From Hormiphora californensis (Eukaryota; Animalia; Ctenophora): a DNA stretch of 64,000 nt. The notes under the pieces were generated by a model. The model was not told the DNA's origin. It saw only the letters and a list, made by a program, of their open reading frames with translations, and did not search any database. Location: the NCBI GenBank assembly GCA_020137815.1, contig CM035351.1, positions 1,860,001 to 1,924,000 on the forward strand. The letters run 5' to 3'. Position 1 is the stretch's first letter, and each line of letters starts with the position of its first letter. This document shows, piece by piece, positions 12,894 through 23,982 of the stretch. Both the position numbers and the translations under genes were made by a program.

Positions 12894-13639
12894 CTAGTTA
12901 AAAGAGTTGAATTCGTCTGCAACATGTGTGTTATGTTGAGACTGTGCAACAGTGTGGTTACGCGGGAAATTGTTTTCTCGTCCTCCCACTGGGGTACAAC
13001 ATCTAACACACAACAAAGGGTTATCAGGGTATGGGTTAAAACCCAAAGGTCTCGGAGTAGGTTGTGCGAACCTTTTATTCTCTCCCTGTGTGTGGGAGTT
13101 GGAACTACTGCGGCTGCCTTCAAGGTATCTCTGAAGTGCTCTACAGTCTCTCTTGAAATGGCCAAGATTGCCACAAAACCAACACTCCATGTTATTTTGG
13201 GTGTTTCGATACCCATCTTGTCTATACGTGCCGTGTGTCTGGCCGGGGTGTCTCGAGGTGGTGTTTTCTCCTTCTCGAGTCCAATCAGTGCGTAGGACTG
13301 AGACATCAACATTATCCTCACGTACCCGTATGGTTTTCCGGGCTTGGTGAGATATGTCTAGAGTGATTGCTTGTTTGAGCAGCTCATCAAAGGTTTTGAC
13401 GGCCATGGTGCTAATCAGCTGAACTCCGATGTCATCGTTTGTGATGCCTGCCGCTAAAGTGTCTTTCAATGCTGCTTCTCGGTTAGATACTGTGTTTGCA
13501 TCTATCCCAGGGAACCCAATGTTTCCAAGGTCTCTCAACCTTTCTCCAAATTCATGGACTGTTTCACCGGTCTTTTGTTTAACAAACCGTAAATTGAACC
13601 TCGCAGATAGCGTGTTGTATTTAGAGCTATCTTCCAATA
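12894..13639 (-). CDS. gag: Gag, C-terminal part (capsid MHR-like segment and CCHC zinc knuckle)
   Basis: KQKTGETVHEFGERLRDL and CWFCGNLGHFKRDC; joins 18579-19044 in frame once the LINE is removed (403 aa). Confidence 0.85.
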
Positions 13640-13741
13640 ATATCGTTGTTGCTCTACATTTTGTCACACTTTTTGAGCTCCTGCCCACACCCCCCTTTGA
13701 GGACGCTTCACCACCCTATTTTGTCCCCCAACTAATTCAAC

Positions 13742-14497
13742 ATGCCTGGCCTAGTAAGAGGAACCGATCCCGAGTTATTAAAGAAAATTCTTGACGCCGA
13801 GAATGATGAGATTGCCAGTAAACTTGCGAAGTCATATTCAGATAAGCCCCCAGCGACCCATGTTGCTCAGATCGCCATGATGTTTCGGGTTGTGATGGAG
13901 AAGTTTACCTCCCAGTTGACTGATCTGAAGGAGGAGAACAACTCTCTGAAAGCTGAGAAGTCTACCCTCGAAGAGAAGACTAAATCTCTCGAGAGCAAGT
14001 GTGTGGATCTAGAGGAACGTCTCATCCGGAGTGAGGCCTACGCTGGCCGTGCAACCAGCATTTTTACCGGCATTGTGGAGAAACCTGGTGAGAACATCAC
14101 CCAAGTGGTTGCAGACGAGGTCAAGCGAGTCATCCCCGGGTTCTCCGCTGCTGACATCTCCATCGCTCACCGGAACAAGGCCGCCCCAAGCTCCAACAAC
14201 GGCAACAAAAAGCCCAGGACAGTAACTGTTGTTTTCAAAAGTGTTGCCCACAAAGACAGTGTCTCGGACTTTACTAAAATGAAACCACTGAGAGATAGAA
14301 AGTTAGGAGTGTTTCACTATGCCCCTGCTTCTGTGAGAGAGAGGAAGAAAGAGCTAGAGGACCGTACAGACGTTGAACGGGTCTATTATGACGGACCGAA
14401 CAAACTATTTTCTGTTAAGTTAAAAACTGGTGTATTTGTGAGACGAGTACTAACAGCAGAGCAGATAGATAAACAGACAGTGAACAATAATTCCTAA
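13742..14497 (+). CDS. LINE ORF1p (coiled coil plus RRM-like domain)
   Basis: Heptad region LTDLKEENNSLKAEK..LEERL, then IFTGIVE..E, ISIAHR and PRTVTVVF motifs typical of ORF1p. Confidence 0.82.
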   Translation: MPGLVRGTDPELLKKILDAENDEIASKLAKSYSDKPPATHVAQIAMMFRVVMEKFTSQLTDLKEENNSLKAEKSTLEEKTKSLESKCVDLEERLIRSEAYAGRATSIFTGIVEKPGENITQVVADEVKRVIPGFSAADISIAHRNKAAPSSNNGNKKPRTVTVVFKSVAHKDSVSDFTKMKPLRDRKLGVFHYAPASVRERKKELEDRTDVERVYYDGPNKLFSVKLKTGVFVRRVLTAEQIDKQTVNNNS

Positions 14498-14724
14498 TTT
14501 ATCAGTTCTTTGCATTTTCTCTTCCCTGTAGTTTCATATATGCAAGAGAGAGCAGCTGTTCCCCCCTTAGTCATGGTGCACCCTTTTTACTTCCCTACTT
14601 CCATATTGGGAGAGCTATAATCATTCCATATTAGGAGAGCTATAATCATTCCTTATTTGGAAGAGCTATCTTACCAGATTGGGTGAGCTATATTTGGTGC
14701 ATGCAGTATTATGATTTTGAGTGA

Positions 14725-17700
14725 GTGAGAGAGCGGGAGAGAATTTTTGCGTGCTATCCACTATATTTTCCATTGTTTTACTCGAGTCATCTAACTCCTT
14801 TACCCCCCTCCCCCAGTCCCTTAGTTACCCAGTTTCCCCATTTCTGTTTTCTCAGATGTTTTATAGATTTCCTCTTACCCCGGCCAGGCCATACCCTTTC
14901 TAACCTGCCAATATGTTCCCAAAGATATAGAGAGTGTATTGGAAAGTTTAATACTAAAAGATATCAGCGCCAAGGAGGGGGATGCCGTGTGGAGGATGGG
15001 GGTGACCTGTCGGCACTGGTATGTGGTTTTGCAATTGGAACATTCATTCATTTTTTCACTCTCACCCTTGTTGTTTTTCAACATATATCTGCTCACAGTT
15101 CACAATCAGTCGATATTGATCAGATTAGTTTCCTTGACCAGAGCAGTGACTATGTTACGGTTGATAAGTACCTCAGTTTGTCGGTTGTAAGTGCTATAAA
15201 TGTTATATTTTTAGGTTGTAGTCTGTCGTCCTGTAGAGTAGTTGTATTGTCTGTTTTGTACGCTCTTAATTTCTCTTTGATTTTTATCGCCAATCCCTCT
15301 ATCTCTAATCCTGGGCCCAAGGATTACAGTGTTATATACAACAATGTTCATGGGCTTGTGCATTCCTCCAGTCTGGGCTCTGCTTCACCTGAGTTGAACA
15401 GACTCAAGTTGGGAGACATGCATGGGTACATTTATGACCACAAACCTGCGATTATTATTTTGAACGAGACCTGGCTCAAGCCTACTATTAGTTCTGTCTC
15501 TGTTCTTCCTAATAATTACAGGACGTATCGTCTCGATCGGTCAGGCAAGTCGCACCCTTTTGACCCTTCCCAGCCTCTCAGATTTAGAAGTAATGGAGGT
15601 GGTGTCTTGATTGCCCATCGGGATGATATTAGTATCTCTAGTCACCAGTTCTGTAAGTTTAGTACTCAGGCTGAGTTGTTAAGTGTGTTTGTCAAGCTGA
15701 ATAATGTCAGTGTATGTCTCAGTACTTTTTATAGAGTTGGGACTCTCTCTCACGAGAATTTCTGTAATGTTCGTGACTATTTACATAACCTTGTTAAGTC
15801 TAAGGGGTTCAAGCGCCATATTCTAATCGGTGATTTGAATTTTCCTACAATCGATTGGCCCAGTGGTGCTACCCCTAACTCTCTTGAGCGTGATTTTGTT
15901 GATCTTTTATGTGGTGATTTGGGACACTCACAGCTCATACACGCTCCTACTCACTCACAGGGCAATACCCTAGATCTGTTATTTACTAACTGTCCTGAGA
16001 TCGTCAGAGATCTAGCTGTGATGGAGAAGGACGCACTGTGTGTATCTGATCACTATGGTGTGTCCTTCTCCATCTCAGCGGGGTACAGACCCAGTAAGGG
16101 CAAAGCTAGAACCTGTTTTGATTTTAATAAGGCCGATTGGTTGGGTCTAAATGTTGCTCTAGCCCGAGTTGACTGGGATAGTATTATTGTGAGTAATGCT
16201 AACTGTGCTTGGAAGAAGTTGTGTGGTAGCCTTTTCGAGTGTGTTGAGAAGTACATTCCCATGAGACGTCTCAGGGGTTCCTTTGAACCTCTCTGGTATG
16301 ATCGTGACTGTAAAAAGGCACGGCGTATCAAGGAGGATCTTAGGAAAAAGTATGTGTCAAACCCCACCCCACCCACGAGAGAGAGGTACACCACTGCGAG
16401 AAAGGATTTCAAGAATCTGATTATTCAGAAAATGAACAGCTTTTTCGGAGTGAACGATTCTAACTCAATCACCAAGAGATTCTGGTCACATATCAAGTCA
16501 TCTAGTAAGTGTGATAGGATCCCACCCACTGTTTATCGTAATGATGTCACTCGCACTGACCCTAGTGCCAAGGCATCATTATTCAATGCACATTTTGCGA
16601 GTCAATTCACAGAACCGAGTTTGTACAATATTGACGTTGACCTGTCCCGTAAAGAGTTTGATTGTTATTTCTCTTGTTCTGAAGTGTATAGTGCGCTGTG
16701 CAATATTGATGTGTCTAAGTCATGTGGGCCCGATGGGATTCATGGCAGGATTCTGAAGAACTGTGCGGGTAGCCTATCCTACCCAATCTGGTTGCTTCTT
16801 AATCTCTCTATGTCTACTGGAGTGGTCCCTGACGACTGGAAGCTAGCTTCCATTGTACCTATACACAAAAAAGGGGACAGTAAGGATGTTGCCAACTACA
16901 GACCGATTTCGCTTCTGTCTCTAGTGGGGAAGATCATGGAGGTGTTAGTTAAGAATAGAATTATGAGTCATTGTGGTTCCATGATTGACCCTAGGCAGCA
17001 TGGGTTTGTGGAGGGGAGATCTTGCTGTACTCAGCTCCTCCCTTTCACACACTCTCTTGCTTCTAACCTTAATCATTCAGACTGTGTGCGCACTGATGTT
17101 GTTTATTTTGATTTTAAACGTGCATTCGATTCTTGTAATCATGACATCATTCTAAACAAGCTGAAAATCAAATTCGGTTTGGATGGGATGTTGCTTAGAT
17201 TTATCAAGAACTACCTGAGAGATCGTAGACAGAAGGTTGTTATTGATGGTGAGTCATCTGAGGAGTTACCTGTCATCTCGGGTGTTCCCCAGGGGTCCAT
17301 TCTTGGCCCTGTTCTTTTCACGATTTTTATTAATGACATTTTTGATGAAGTCACCGAGGGTACCCATATTTCTCTGTATGCCGACGACACCAAAATTTGG
17401 AGGGAGATTGGGTACTGGAGTGATCACCTGTCACTTCAGCGCTCAATCTCTAACCTATACTCTTGGTCAGTCAGGAACAAGATGTGTTTTCACCCACAAA
17501 AGTGTAAAGTGTTGAGTGTCTCACCCACCGGGGCTCACCAACGCCCCATCCCTCTCCCGTTCTGTGAATTTTTCTACACCCTCAACTCTGTGTTTATTGA
17601 TTATGTTACCAAACAGCTAGATTTGGGTATATTTGTTACCAGTAACTTGAATTGGAGTTCTCACTGCGAGTATATTAACACCAGTATGATCTCCAAGTTC

Positions 17701-18288
17701 AATTTGTTGCGTAGGACGTGCTATTTTCTTAACAACAGTGCCAACAAGAGATCTCTTTACCTGACCATGGTGCGTTCTCTAATTGAGCACTGTAGTCCTA
17801 TCTGGTGTAACATCGGTAGGACCCAGTTGCTTTCTCTTGAGAAATTGCAGAAGAGAGTTGTCAAATGGATCAGAAATGAACCTATGGCATCATATAGCAA
17901 TGTTCAATATGTGTTTTATCTCAAGGGTCTGAACATTCTTCCTTTCAAGGAACTCTTCTTGTATAATGACCTGCGGCTGTTTTACCAGATTGTCTATAAT
18001 ATGGTACAGATTGACATTCCTGATTCTATAAGGCCAGTTAATGTTGCCGATCTTCGACCTACGCGTCAAAATCGTGATATTATTGCTGGCTTAGATCGGA
18101 CCACCCTTGTGGACACGAGTAACAGTCACAAGTGCTCCTCTACTTTGCGCGATAGCTTCTTCCATAGGGTCACCAGGTCCTGGAATTTGCTACCGTACGA
18201 ACTTCGACAGAGTGACACGTTACCCATCTTCCTGACTGGGCTCAAGAGCTACCTTTTCAGTCATATTGATATCGACAATATTCTATAA
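14725..18288 (+). CDS. LINE ORF2p: APE endonuclease and reverse transcriptase
   Basis: LNETWL, GGGVLI, GDLNFP, TLDLLF, SDH (APE); [33 protein letters not shown] (RT). Confidence 0.95.
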   Translation: MRERERIFACYPLYFPLFYSSHLTPLPPSPSPLVTQFPHFCFLRCFIDFLLPRPGHTLSNLPICSQRYRECIGKFNTKRYQRQGGGCRVEDGGDLSALVCGFAIGTFIHFFTLTLVVFQHISAHSSQSVDIDQISFLDQSSDYVTVDKYLSLSVVSAINVIFLGCSLSSCRVVVLSVLYALNFSLIFIANPSISNPGPKDYSVIYNNVHGLVHSSSLGSASPELNRLKLGDMHGYIYDHKPAIIILNETWLKPTISSVSVLPNNYRTYRLDRSGKSHPFDPSQPLRFRSNGGGVLIAHRDDISISSHQFCKFSTQAELLSVFVKLNNVSVCLSTFYRVGTLSHENFCNVRDYLHNLVKSKGFKRHILIGDLNFPTIDWPSGATPNSLERDFVDLLCGDLGHSQLIHAPTHSQGNTLDLLFTNCPEIVRDLAVMEKDALCVSDHYGVSFSISAGYRPSKGKARTCFDFNKADWLGLNVALARVDWDSIIVSNANCAWKKLCGSLFECVEKYIPMRRLRGSFEPLWYDRDCKKARRIKEDLRKKYVSNPTPPTRERYTTARKDFKNLIIQKMNSFFGVNDSNSITKRFWSHIKSSSKCDRIPPTVYRNDVTRTDPSAKASLFNAHFASQFTEPSLYNIDVDLSRKEFDCYFSCSEVYSALCNIDVSKSCGPDGIHGRILKNCAGSLSYPIWLLLNLSMSTGVVPDDWKLASIVPIHKKGDSKDVANYRPISLLSLVGKIMEVLVKNRIMSHCGSMIDPRQHGFVEGRSCCTQLLPFTHSLASNLNHSDCVRTDVVYFDFKRAFDSCNHDIILNKLKIKFGLDGMLLRFIKNYLRDRRQKVVIDGESSEELPVISGVPQGSILGPVLFTIFINDIFDEVTEGTHISLYADDTKIWREIGYWSDHLSLQRSISNLYSWSVRNKMCFHPQKCKVLSVSPTGAHQRPIPLPFCEFFYTLNSVFIDYVTKQLDLGIFVTSNLNWSSHCEYINTSMISKFNLLRRTCYFLNNSANKRSLYLTMVRSLIEHCSPIWCNIGRTQLLSLEKLQKRVVKWIRNEPMASYSNVQYVFYLKGLNILPFKELFLYNDLRLFYQIVYNMVQIDIPDSIRPVNVADLRPTRQNRDIIAGLDRTTLVDTSNSHKCSSTLRDSFFHRVTRSWNLLPYELRQSDTLPIFLTGLKSYLFSHIDIDNIL

Positions 18289-18578
18289 TTATTCCATCAC
18301 CTTCTCACTTCATGAATGTTCCAATTGCTCACCGCTGCCACTGCTGCGGGACGCCCCTCTCCCCGTGGCTCCCCCCTCTCTAACTGTTAATCTAGTCTAG
18401 CAGCAACAACGATATATTTTTAACTTATTTACCTGTAAAACTTAGCTACATCTAGAGGGGCTTCTTAAGTGCGGGATTCCTGCGTGAAGCCCTCAGACGC
18501 ACGGTGTGTGATATTATTTGATATTTAAAAATGCGAATTGTTTCCGTGATCGTTTGAAACTTCTTCCAATAAAAAATA

Positions 18579-19044
18579 GTTCACAGACACTTAGTTTATA
18601 GGCGTCCCAGGAAGATTTGTCTAAACTTCCTACAGCGTGTGTCAGTCGCTCGACAGATTTTGGGTCGAGGAAGGAAATGAATCCTTTGACGGCAGTGGTT
18701 TCGGTCATGCCCATGGCATCTGCATATGCCTCGTATACAAAGATAAACTGACGTATTGTCATTGTAGAGGGTGTAAACGTGGCTGGTTTCTTTAGCCCCG
18801 CTGTGATTAGTCGTACTTCTTTTTCTGACCTCACATCTTTCACAGCCAATGCTCTCTGCATTTTGAGGAGAGCTTTGACAGCCAGTTTGTTTTCAGCTGG
18901 CAGTTTTTCGAGATTCTCTTGTTTCAGGAGATCTTCAAACTCTTGGTCTAGTCGAGCTTCTTCCGGACCCTGTGTTGTGGGTTGGAAGGTCCCAGGTTGG
19001 AATCCTGGTGTTGCAGCATCATTTGTGGCATCCGTCTCTACCAT
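18579..19044 (-). CDS. gag: Gag, N-terminal part; ATG lies inside the 5' LTR
   Basis: MVETDAT...PATFTPSTMTIRQFIFVYEAY...SWDAYKLSVCEL, continuing into LEDSSKY at 13639. Confidence 0.8.
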
Positions 19045-19577
19045 GGTGTGTGAGTGATTGAGTGAAGTGACAGGTACTGTTTTCAGACAAAGTTGAATAC
19101 GAGTTATATAACTTTTTGAAAGCTAGAACTTATTCGTTATTTGACTGAGGGTCGTGGTTGTGTTCCATCTTCGGATCCTCCGTCCTTATAAGCGCAGCTC
19201 CAGGTAGTAGCAGGTGGCTTCATTTATCACATCCCCACGGTCATTCACACGTTGACCGGCGTCAGTTCACTTCACAGATCTTGTTAGCATTCATTAGCAG
19301 GCCCTCGTCAGCTACCAACGCAGGATTCCTCTGTACCCCTGGAGCTCCCTATGTCTACTCCTGATTCATTTAGAACAATTTGGAGTAGACGTACGATGAG
19401 GTGTGGTGTGCACAAAATGCAGGAAAACACTGTGTAGGGTGCACCTGTGTTATAACAATATGACGGTGTTTTAAATCTCGACTATACATATGTGAGATTC
19501 TTCCGATAAGGTGAAATAATGGATATCGGGAAAGGGCTGTTTATTCAATATCAAGGGGACAGTTCATGGTCCCCGCA
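19024..19577 (-). repeat. 5' LTR
   Basis: Direct repeat of 10669-11222. Confidence 0.9.
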
Positions 19578-20769
19578 ATGACTGGTATCCGGAAATAAAT
19601 CGGCCACCCTCCTCCCCCTAGTGCAGTACTAGAACGGAAGTAACTTCACGGAAATAATACACCAAAAATAATGACATCATTGTGAACGATAGCAAAGGCT
19701 TTGCTGCAAAGCTTATCAGAAAGATTTTAGTTTCATCCTGGTGAAATAATATAACCCTTATTACCTTTTCTGCCCCGCCGAGATTAGTTTTACACTTCTG
19801 CACCGGTTCCGGAATAGAGTACCCTCCCATTAGAAGAATGATATTTTCCCATAGCAACCCAATCAGTGTGCCATAGCAACTGATATATTATCCGTGAGCC
19901 GCCCCCTTTTTGTTGTCCCGGTAAATTAATCATCAAATTAGATTTCCCCGAAATAAAAATATTCTCCAGTGCTGCTTCAGTAATATTAAGATCAGTTTGT
20001 ACACGCCTATCCCCTTGAATTGTAGCATGGAGAGTTGACACGGTGTGACTCAACAATCCCCGTGCAACAGTATCTTTTCAGCCCCCTAATTTACGGGTGG
20101 GCGGTGTTGTTGTTTTTTGTTGCTTTAAGAAACACACATTACTTTTTTTCACATGGGCCGTTGAGGCTTTGTTCTTGTCGAGTTTGCCTCGGATTTCAAG
20201 AGAAAAGTATGATCGCCGGATCACTTCTTAGTTGGAGATTTTTCACAGTGCAGAATATTCGTGCATTCATTATAACACCCCACAGCTTGTGAATACAGTG
20301 CTATTATTGTGCACAATAATAACACTGGGCTATAATTCCTACAAACATTAGCCGTAGCAGCTATATAGCGGTATTTTGACACATCCATGCCAATATGAAT
20401 AATGTAGTCAGATATATGCGAGAGGTTATTCTCCCGTGATAATACTGCGTCATTTGCTGTTGCGAAAATGTTGACTTTTCAGTTCCCAATCTTCCAGTCT
20501 TTGATTTCTCCCAGTTCTAACCCTAACACGGTCTCCCAGCCACGTTCTCAATCATACATAATAACGAAAGTCCCACCTAATTACTAACACACCCTTCAAT
20601 TAATACGACCAATTAATTCGATTAACCCACCATCCACAAAGGCTCATTTTTAACTTTACTCTCTGCCATACATCTACTGCCATTCCCGTTTTAGTTGTTC
20701 AGTCATGAGCGAATTCATTTGAAACTGTTTAAACAGTCTCGAATGATATGATCCACATTTCTCGCTCTA

Positions 20770-23104
20770 CTACTACTACTACGAGTGCCTGGGCTTGCCA
20801 ACGGCAAGCCCACAGGGGACTAACGCAAGCGATATCGCCGGCACTAGGAGAGCAGCCCCCCCAATCCCCCCACGAAAAAACCAAGAGGTTACAACAAGGA
20901 CCTGTCATCTGACACGATCACTTGAAGGTGGTTCAAGGATTGGAGGTGCGTCTCCTGCGGTAGTTGTTTGATTTGTTTCTATTGTTTCCCTGTTCTGTGT
21001 ATTTCCCCTGTGCTACCATCAGGGGTTATACTCTCCTTATTTCATTTTTTTTCTTTCTCTTCTTTTGCTTTGAGTTCATGAACTTTGCTTATGATCTTTA
21101 AGGCTTCCTCTGTGTGGTGTAGTATTGTTTCTCCTAGGTTATCGTAGTTTGTTTTTCCGCTTATTCTCATTCTTACTATTTTCAGTGTTTCGCAATCGCA
21201 TATCAGGTGTTTGGATGTTTCCTCTGCCTTAGAACATAGGCTACATGTTGCTGAGTTTGTTTTCCCAATTTTTTTGAGGTACTTGTTGAATGGTCCTATA
21301 TTTGTGGTGAGGTGTGTGATGTTTCTGAATTTCTTCCTGTTCTTTTTGTATATTTCTATCTTTTTTGTGAGTGTTTTCCAAGTTAATTTGCTCGTGATTA
21401 TTTGTTTTGTTTGTTTGCCGCCTTTTTTAAGGAATTGATTCCATGTGTTTTCCTTGGCTGTTTCCTTAGTGTTTGTTTTGATGTAACTCTGGGGGATTGG
21501 GCTTGGTAGACTTTCGCTTATTTGTTTCTTACTTCCTTCTTTGGCTAGTATGTCAGCCGCCTCGTTGCCTTCTATCCCTATATGTGCTTTAACCCATTTG
21601 ACTGTTACGTGATTGTGTTGGGCCAGTTTATTTAGCTCGTTATTGCTCTGCTTTATAGTTTTGGTGTCCACTGTATGTTTTCCTAGAGCTTTTATGCTTG
21701 CTGCTGAGTCTGATCTGATGTGTATTGTCTTGTTTCTGATGTCCATGTTGTTGAGTTCTTCTGCTGCTCTTCTGATGGCTGTCATTTCCGCTTGAAATAC
21801 TGTGTTATGGTCCGGTAATCTTTCTGATATGCTTATTTGTTTTGGCAGCTCGTTTGAGTTGGAGTGTGCCCCTATTCCGGTTTGACCTTTTTCGTTTTTG
21901 GAGCCGTCAGTGTAGATTGTTATGGCTCCATCTTCTTCAGTTTGTAGCATGCCTTGTTCCCATTCTGTTGTTGTGGCGTAATCTCTGTTTTGGTTTACTT
22001 TCGTTGTTTTATCTAGTGGGGAGTTTGGGAGTTTTAATTTGTCCCATAGTTTGTTGCAAGTGTGTGTGTGTGTGATCCGTAGATCCTACTATCTGTCTCT
22101 TTGGTCCATTTGTCGTTTGCTTTGAGTCTACCTGCTGTTTCGGTGGCCGTTTTTTCTATGTGGTGTATTATGTCTGTGGTATCTGTTATGATATTCAGGT
22201 CTGCTTGTGCTGTGTTTGGGAAGGCTCCGCTAGCTATTCTGAGTGCCATACTCTGCACGGCTCTCAGTTTCTTTTCGTTATGCAACTTGTATATAGCGTT
22301 TATCCATATGGGGGCTGCGTATGTGATAAGAGGTCTGATTGTTTGTTTGTATAGCCATAGAGCCACTTGTGGGGAGAGTCCCCACGTCGGTCCTACCGCT
22401 ATGTTTACTCTCATGAGGTTCATTCTGGCCTTTTTTGTGATGTTTTCGATATGTGTGTTGAAGAGCAATTTGTTGTCCAGGGTAACTCCCAGGAATTTTG
22501 CACTTTTGCTAAGATTGATTTCTGTTCCTTCAATTTCTATCGGTTTTAATTCCCATTTCTTGTTGTTAGTGAACATTATCATTGTTGTCTTGATTGCACT
22601 GAGAGATAACCCTTGTTCTTTGCACCATTGGTTTATGTGGTTAAGTGTCGTCTGTGTTCTTTCTCTTATTATCTCTAAATCATCTCCTTCAGCTAGCGAT
22701 ATCAGATCGTCTGCAAATGCTTGTAGGTATGCCGGAGTGTCTTTGGCAGTGCTTTGCAGTAGGCTGTCAAGTACTATATTCCAAATTAGTGGGGAGAGGA
22801 TGCCTCCTTGGGCTACACCTCTTTTAATTTTGAATATGATATGTTCGTTTTTGTGTTCAATTTTTAATGATCTCGTCGTGGTCATGTCCATTATCCAGTT
22901 GATTGTCTTTGTTTCGATTCCTTTGTTTATTAGTCCTCGCTGTATTGCCTCGAATGATATCTTATCAAATGCCCCTTCGACGTCAAGAAATACCCCTAGT
23001 GCGTACTGCTTTTTCTTTATCCTTTTTTCTATTTTGTGTACGATTCTGTGTAATGCTGCTTCGGTCGAGCTGGATTTTCGGAAGCCGAATTGTCTTTCAT
23101 TGAG
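20770..23104 (-). mobile_element. 5'-truncated RNase H-containing LINE (I/R1-group-like)
   Basis: 12-bp TSD TTTCTCGCTCTA (20758-20769, 23105-23116); (TAG)n 3' tail; 3' hairpin TGGGCTTGCC-AAC-GGCAAGCCCA. Confidence 0.88.
21042..23104 (-). pseudogene. RT-RNase H-CCHC ORF2 fragment, frameshifted at a (CA)n run near 22060-22073
   Basis: QFGF, LDVEGAFD, GVAQGGILSP, FADD; then IYTDGS, VFQAE, SDS, WVKAHIGIEGNEAAD (RNase H); CSLC..EETSKHLICDC. Confidence 0.88.
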
Positions 23105-23226
23105 TTTCTCGCTCTAAATTGCTCTCTTTACTCAACCTAAATCACAAAACAAATCTTGTCATTTTGTTTCTCTGATTAAACATACCATTTGATTTTGTAT
23201 TTGACTCATTCTCTTCTCACAGAAAG

Positions 23227-23982
23227 ATGGTCAACCTGATTGTGTTAGTTTTGTTTTCAATCCAACTGGGCACCTCGCTTGGCTGTTCTTGCCTGTCCGG
23301 TAGCCTTCAGAAGTTCAAATGCAGACCAGATGTCCACAACATTTTTAGCGTCGAAATAAGTTAGTATTTTCACTGCAGCAAAATTAAATTCTAGGTGTGA
23401 GCTGCTATATTTTCTAGGCCAAGGTGTTCTTGAGATAGTATTAACACGTAACACATTTCAGAGTATATAACATCGGAAGAAGACCCAACTGAAGGATGGA
23501 GCCCTTTTGCGTATGAGTCAGGCGAGTATGGCAGGGTAACACAGAACCCCTGGAACAACAAACGAGTGGTATCAGCCAATGTTACCAAGGTGTTTAAAGG
23601 TGACGGAGTTGCGGTAGGTGACTACGTTGAAGTCTCCAGCACTATGATGGGATCCATGTGCGGTGTTGGTAGATCCCTGAAGCCCGGTAGGACCTTCTAC
23701 CTTAGCTCCGGTACCCCCGTCCCAAAAGTCTTTGACATAGGCCTGTGCGACACCCTGTATTCGGCTGGTATGTACAGGTCAAATGAGGCGGTGGAGTGGA
23801 TCCTGGAGAAACACGACTGTGAGTGTGATATATTCAGGTGCAAGTTGAGGGAGGGGAAACATGTTTTTAGAGGATTCTGTGGTGATGATAATGCGTGGTG
23901 TGCTAGAGATGAGAAGGATGTGTGCAGATGGAATGATGCCCATTCCATCCAATCTTGCAAAAAGTCGCGATGGGACTGGTAG
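23227..23982 (+). CDS. Secreted TIMP/NTR-domain protein, 217 aa, 2 coding exons
   Basis: Exons 23227-23359 and 23462-23982: signal peptide MVNLIVLVLFSIQLGTSLG then CSC; VTKVFKG, SMCGV, FYLSSG, IGLCD; Cys-rich C-terminal domain. Confidence 0.8.

Larger units (their letters stand above)
13640..18574 (+). mobile_element. Full-length CR1/L2-group non-LTR retrotransposon inserted into gag
   Basis: Open ORF1 and ORF2, 3' stem-loop GAGGGGCTTC...GAAGCCCTC, AATAAA/A-rich end, AATA duplicated at the junctions. Confidence 0.9.
10669..19577 (-). mobile_element. Non-autonomous Ty3/gypsy-like LTR retrotransposon (gag plus protease remnant, no RT/RH/IN), interrupted by a LINE
   Basis: 554-bp TG...CA LTRs at 10669-11222 and 19024-19577, apparently identical; 4-bp TSD ATGA; minus-strand PPT AGAGGGGCGGA next to the 11222 end. 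Confidence 0.9.

Noticed and set aside
19618-20292. Short ORFs right of the 5' LTR
   Set aside because: No motif and no consistent exon structure.
22101-23117. 338-aa plus-strand ORF
   Set aside because: Antisense shadow of the minus-strand RT.
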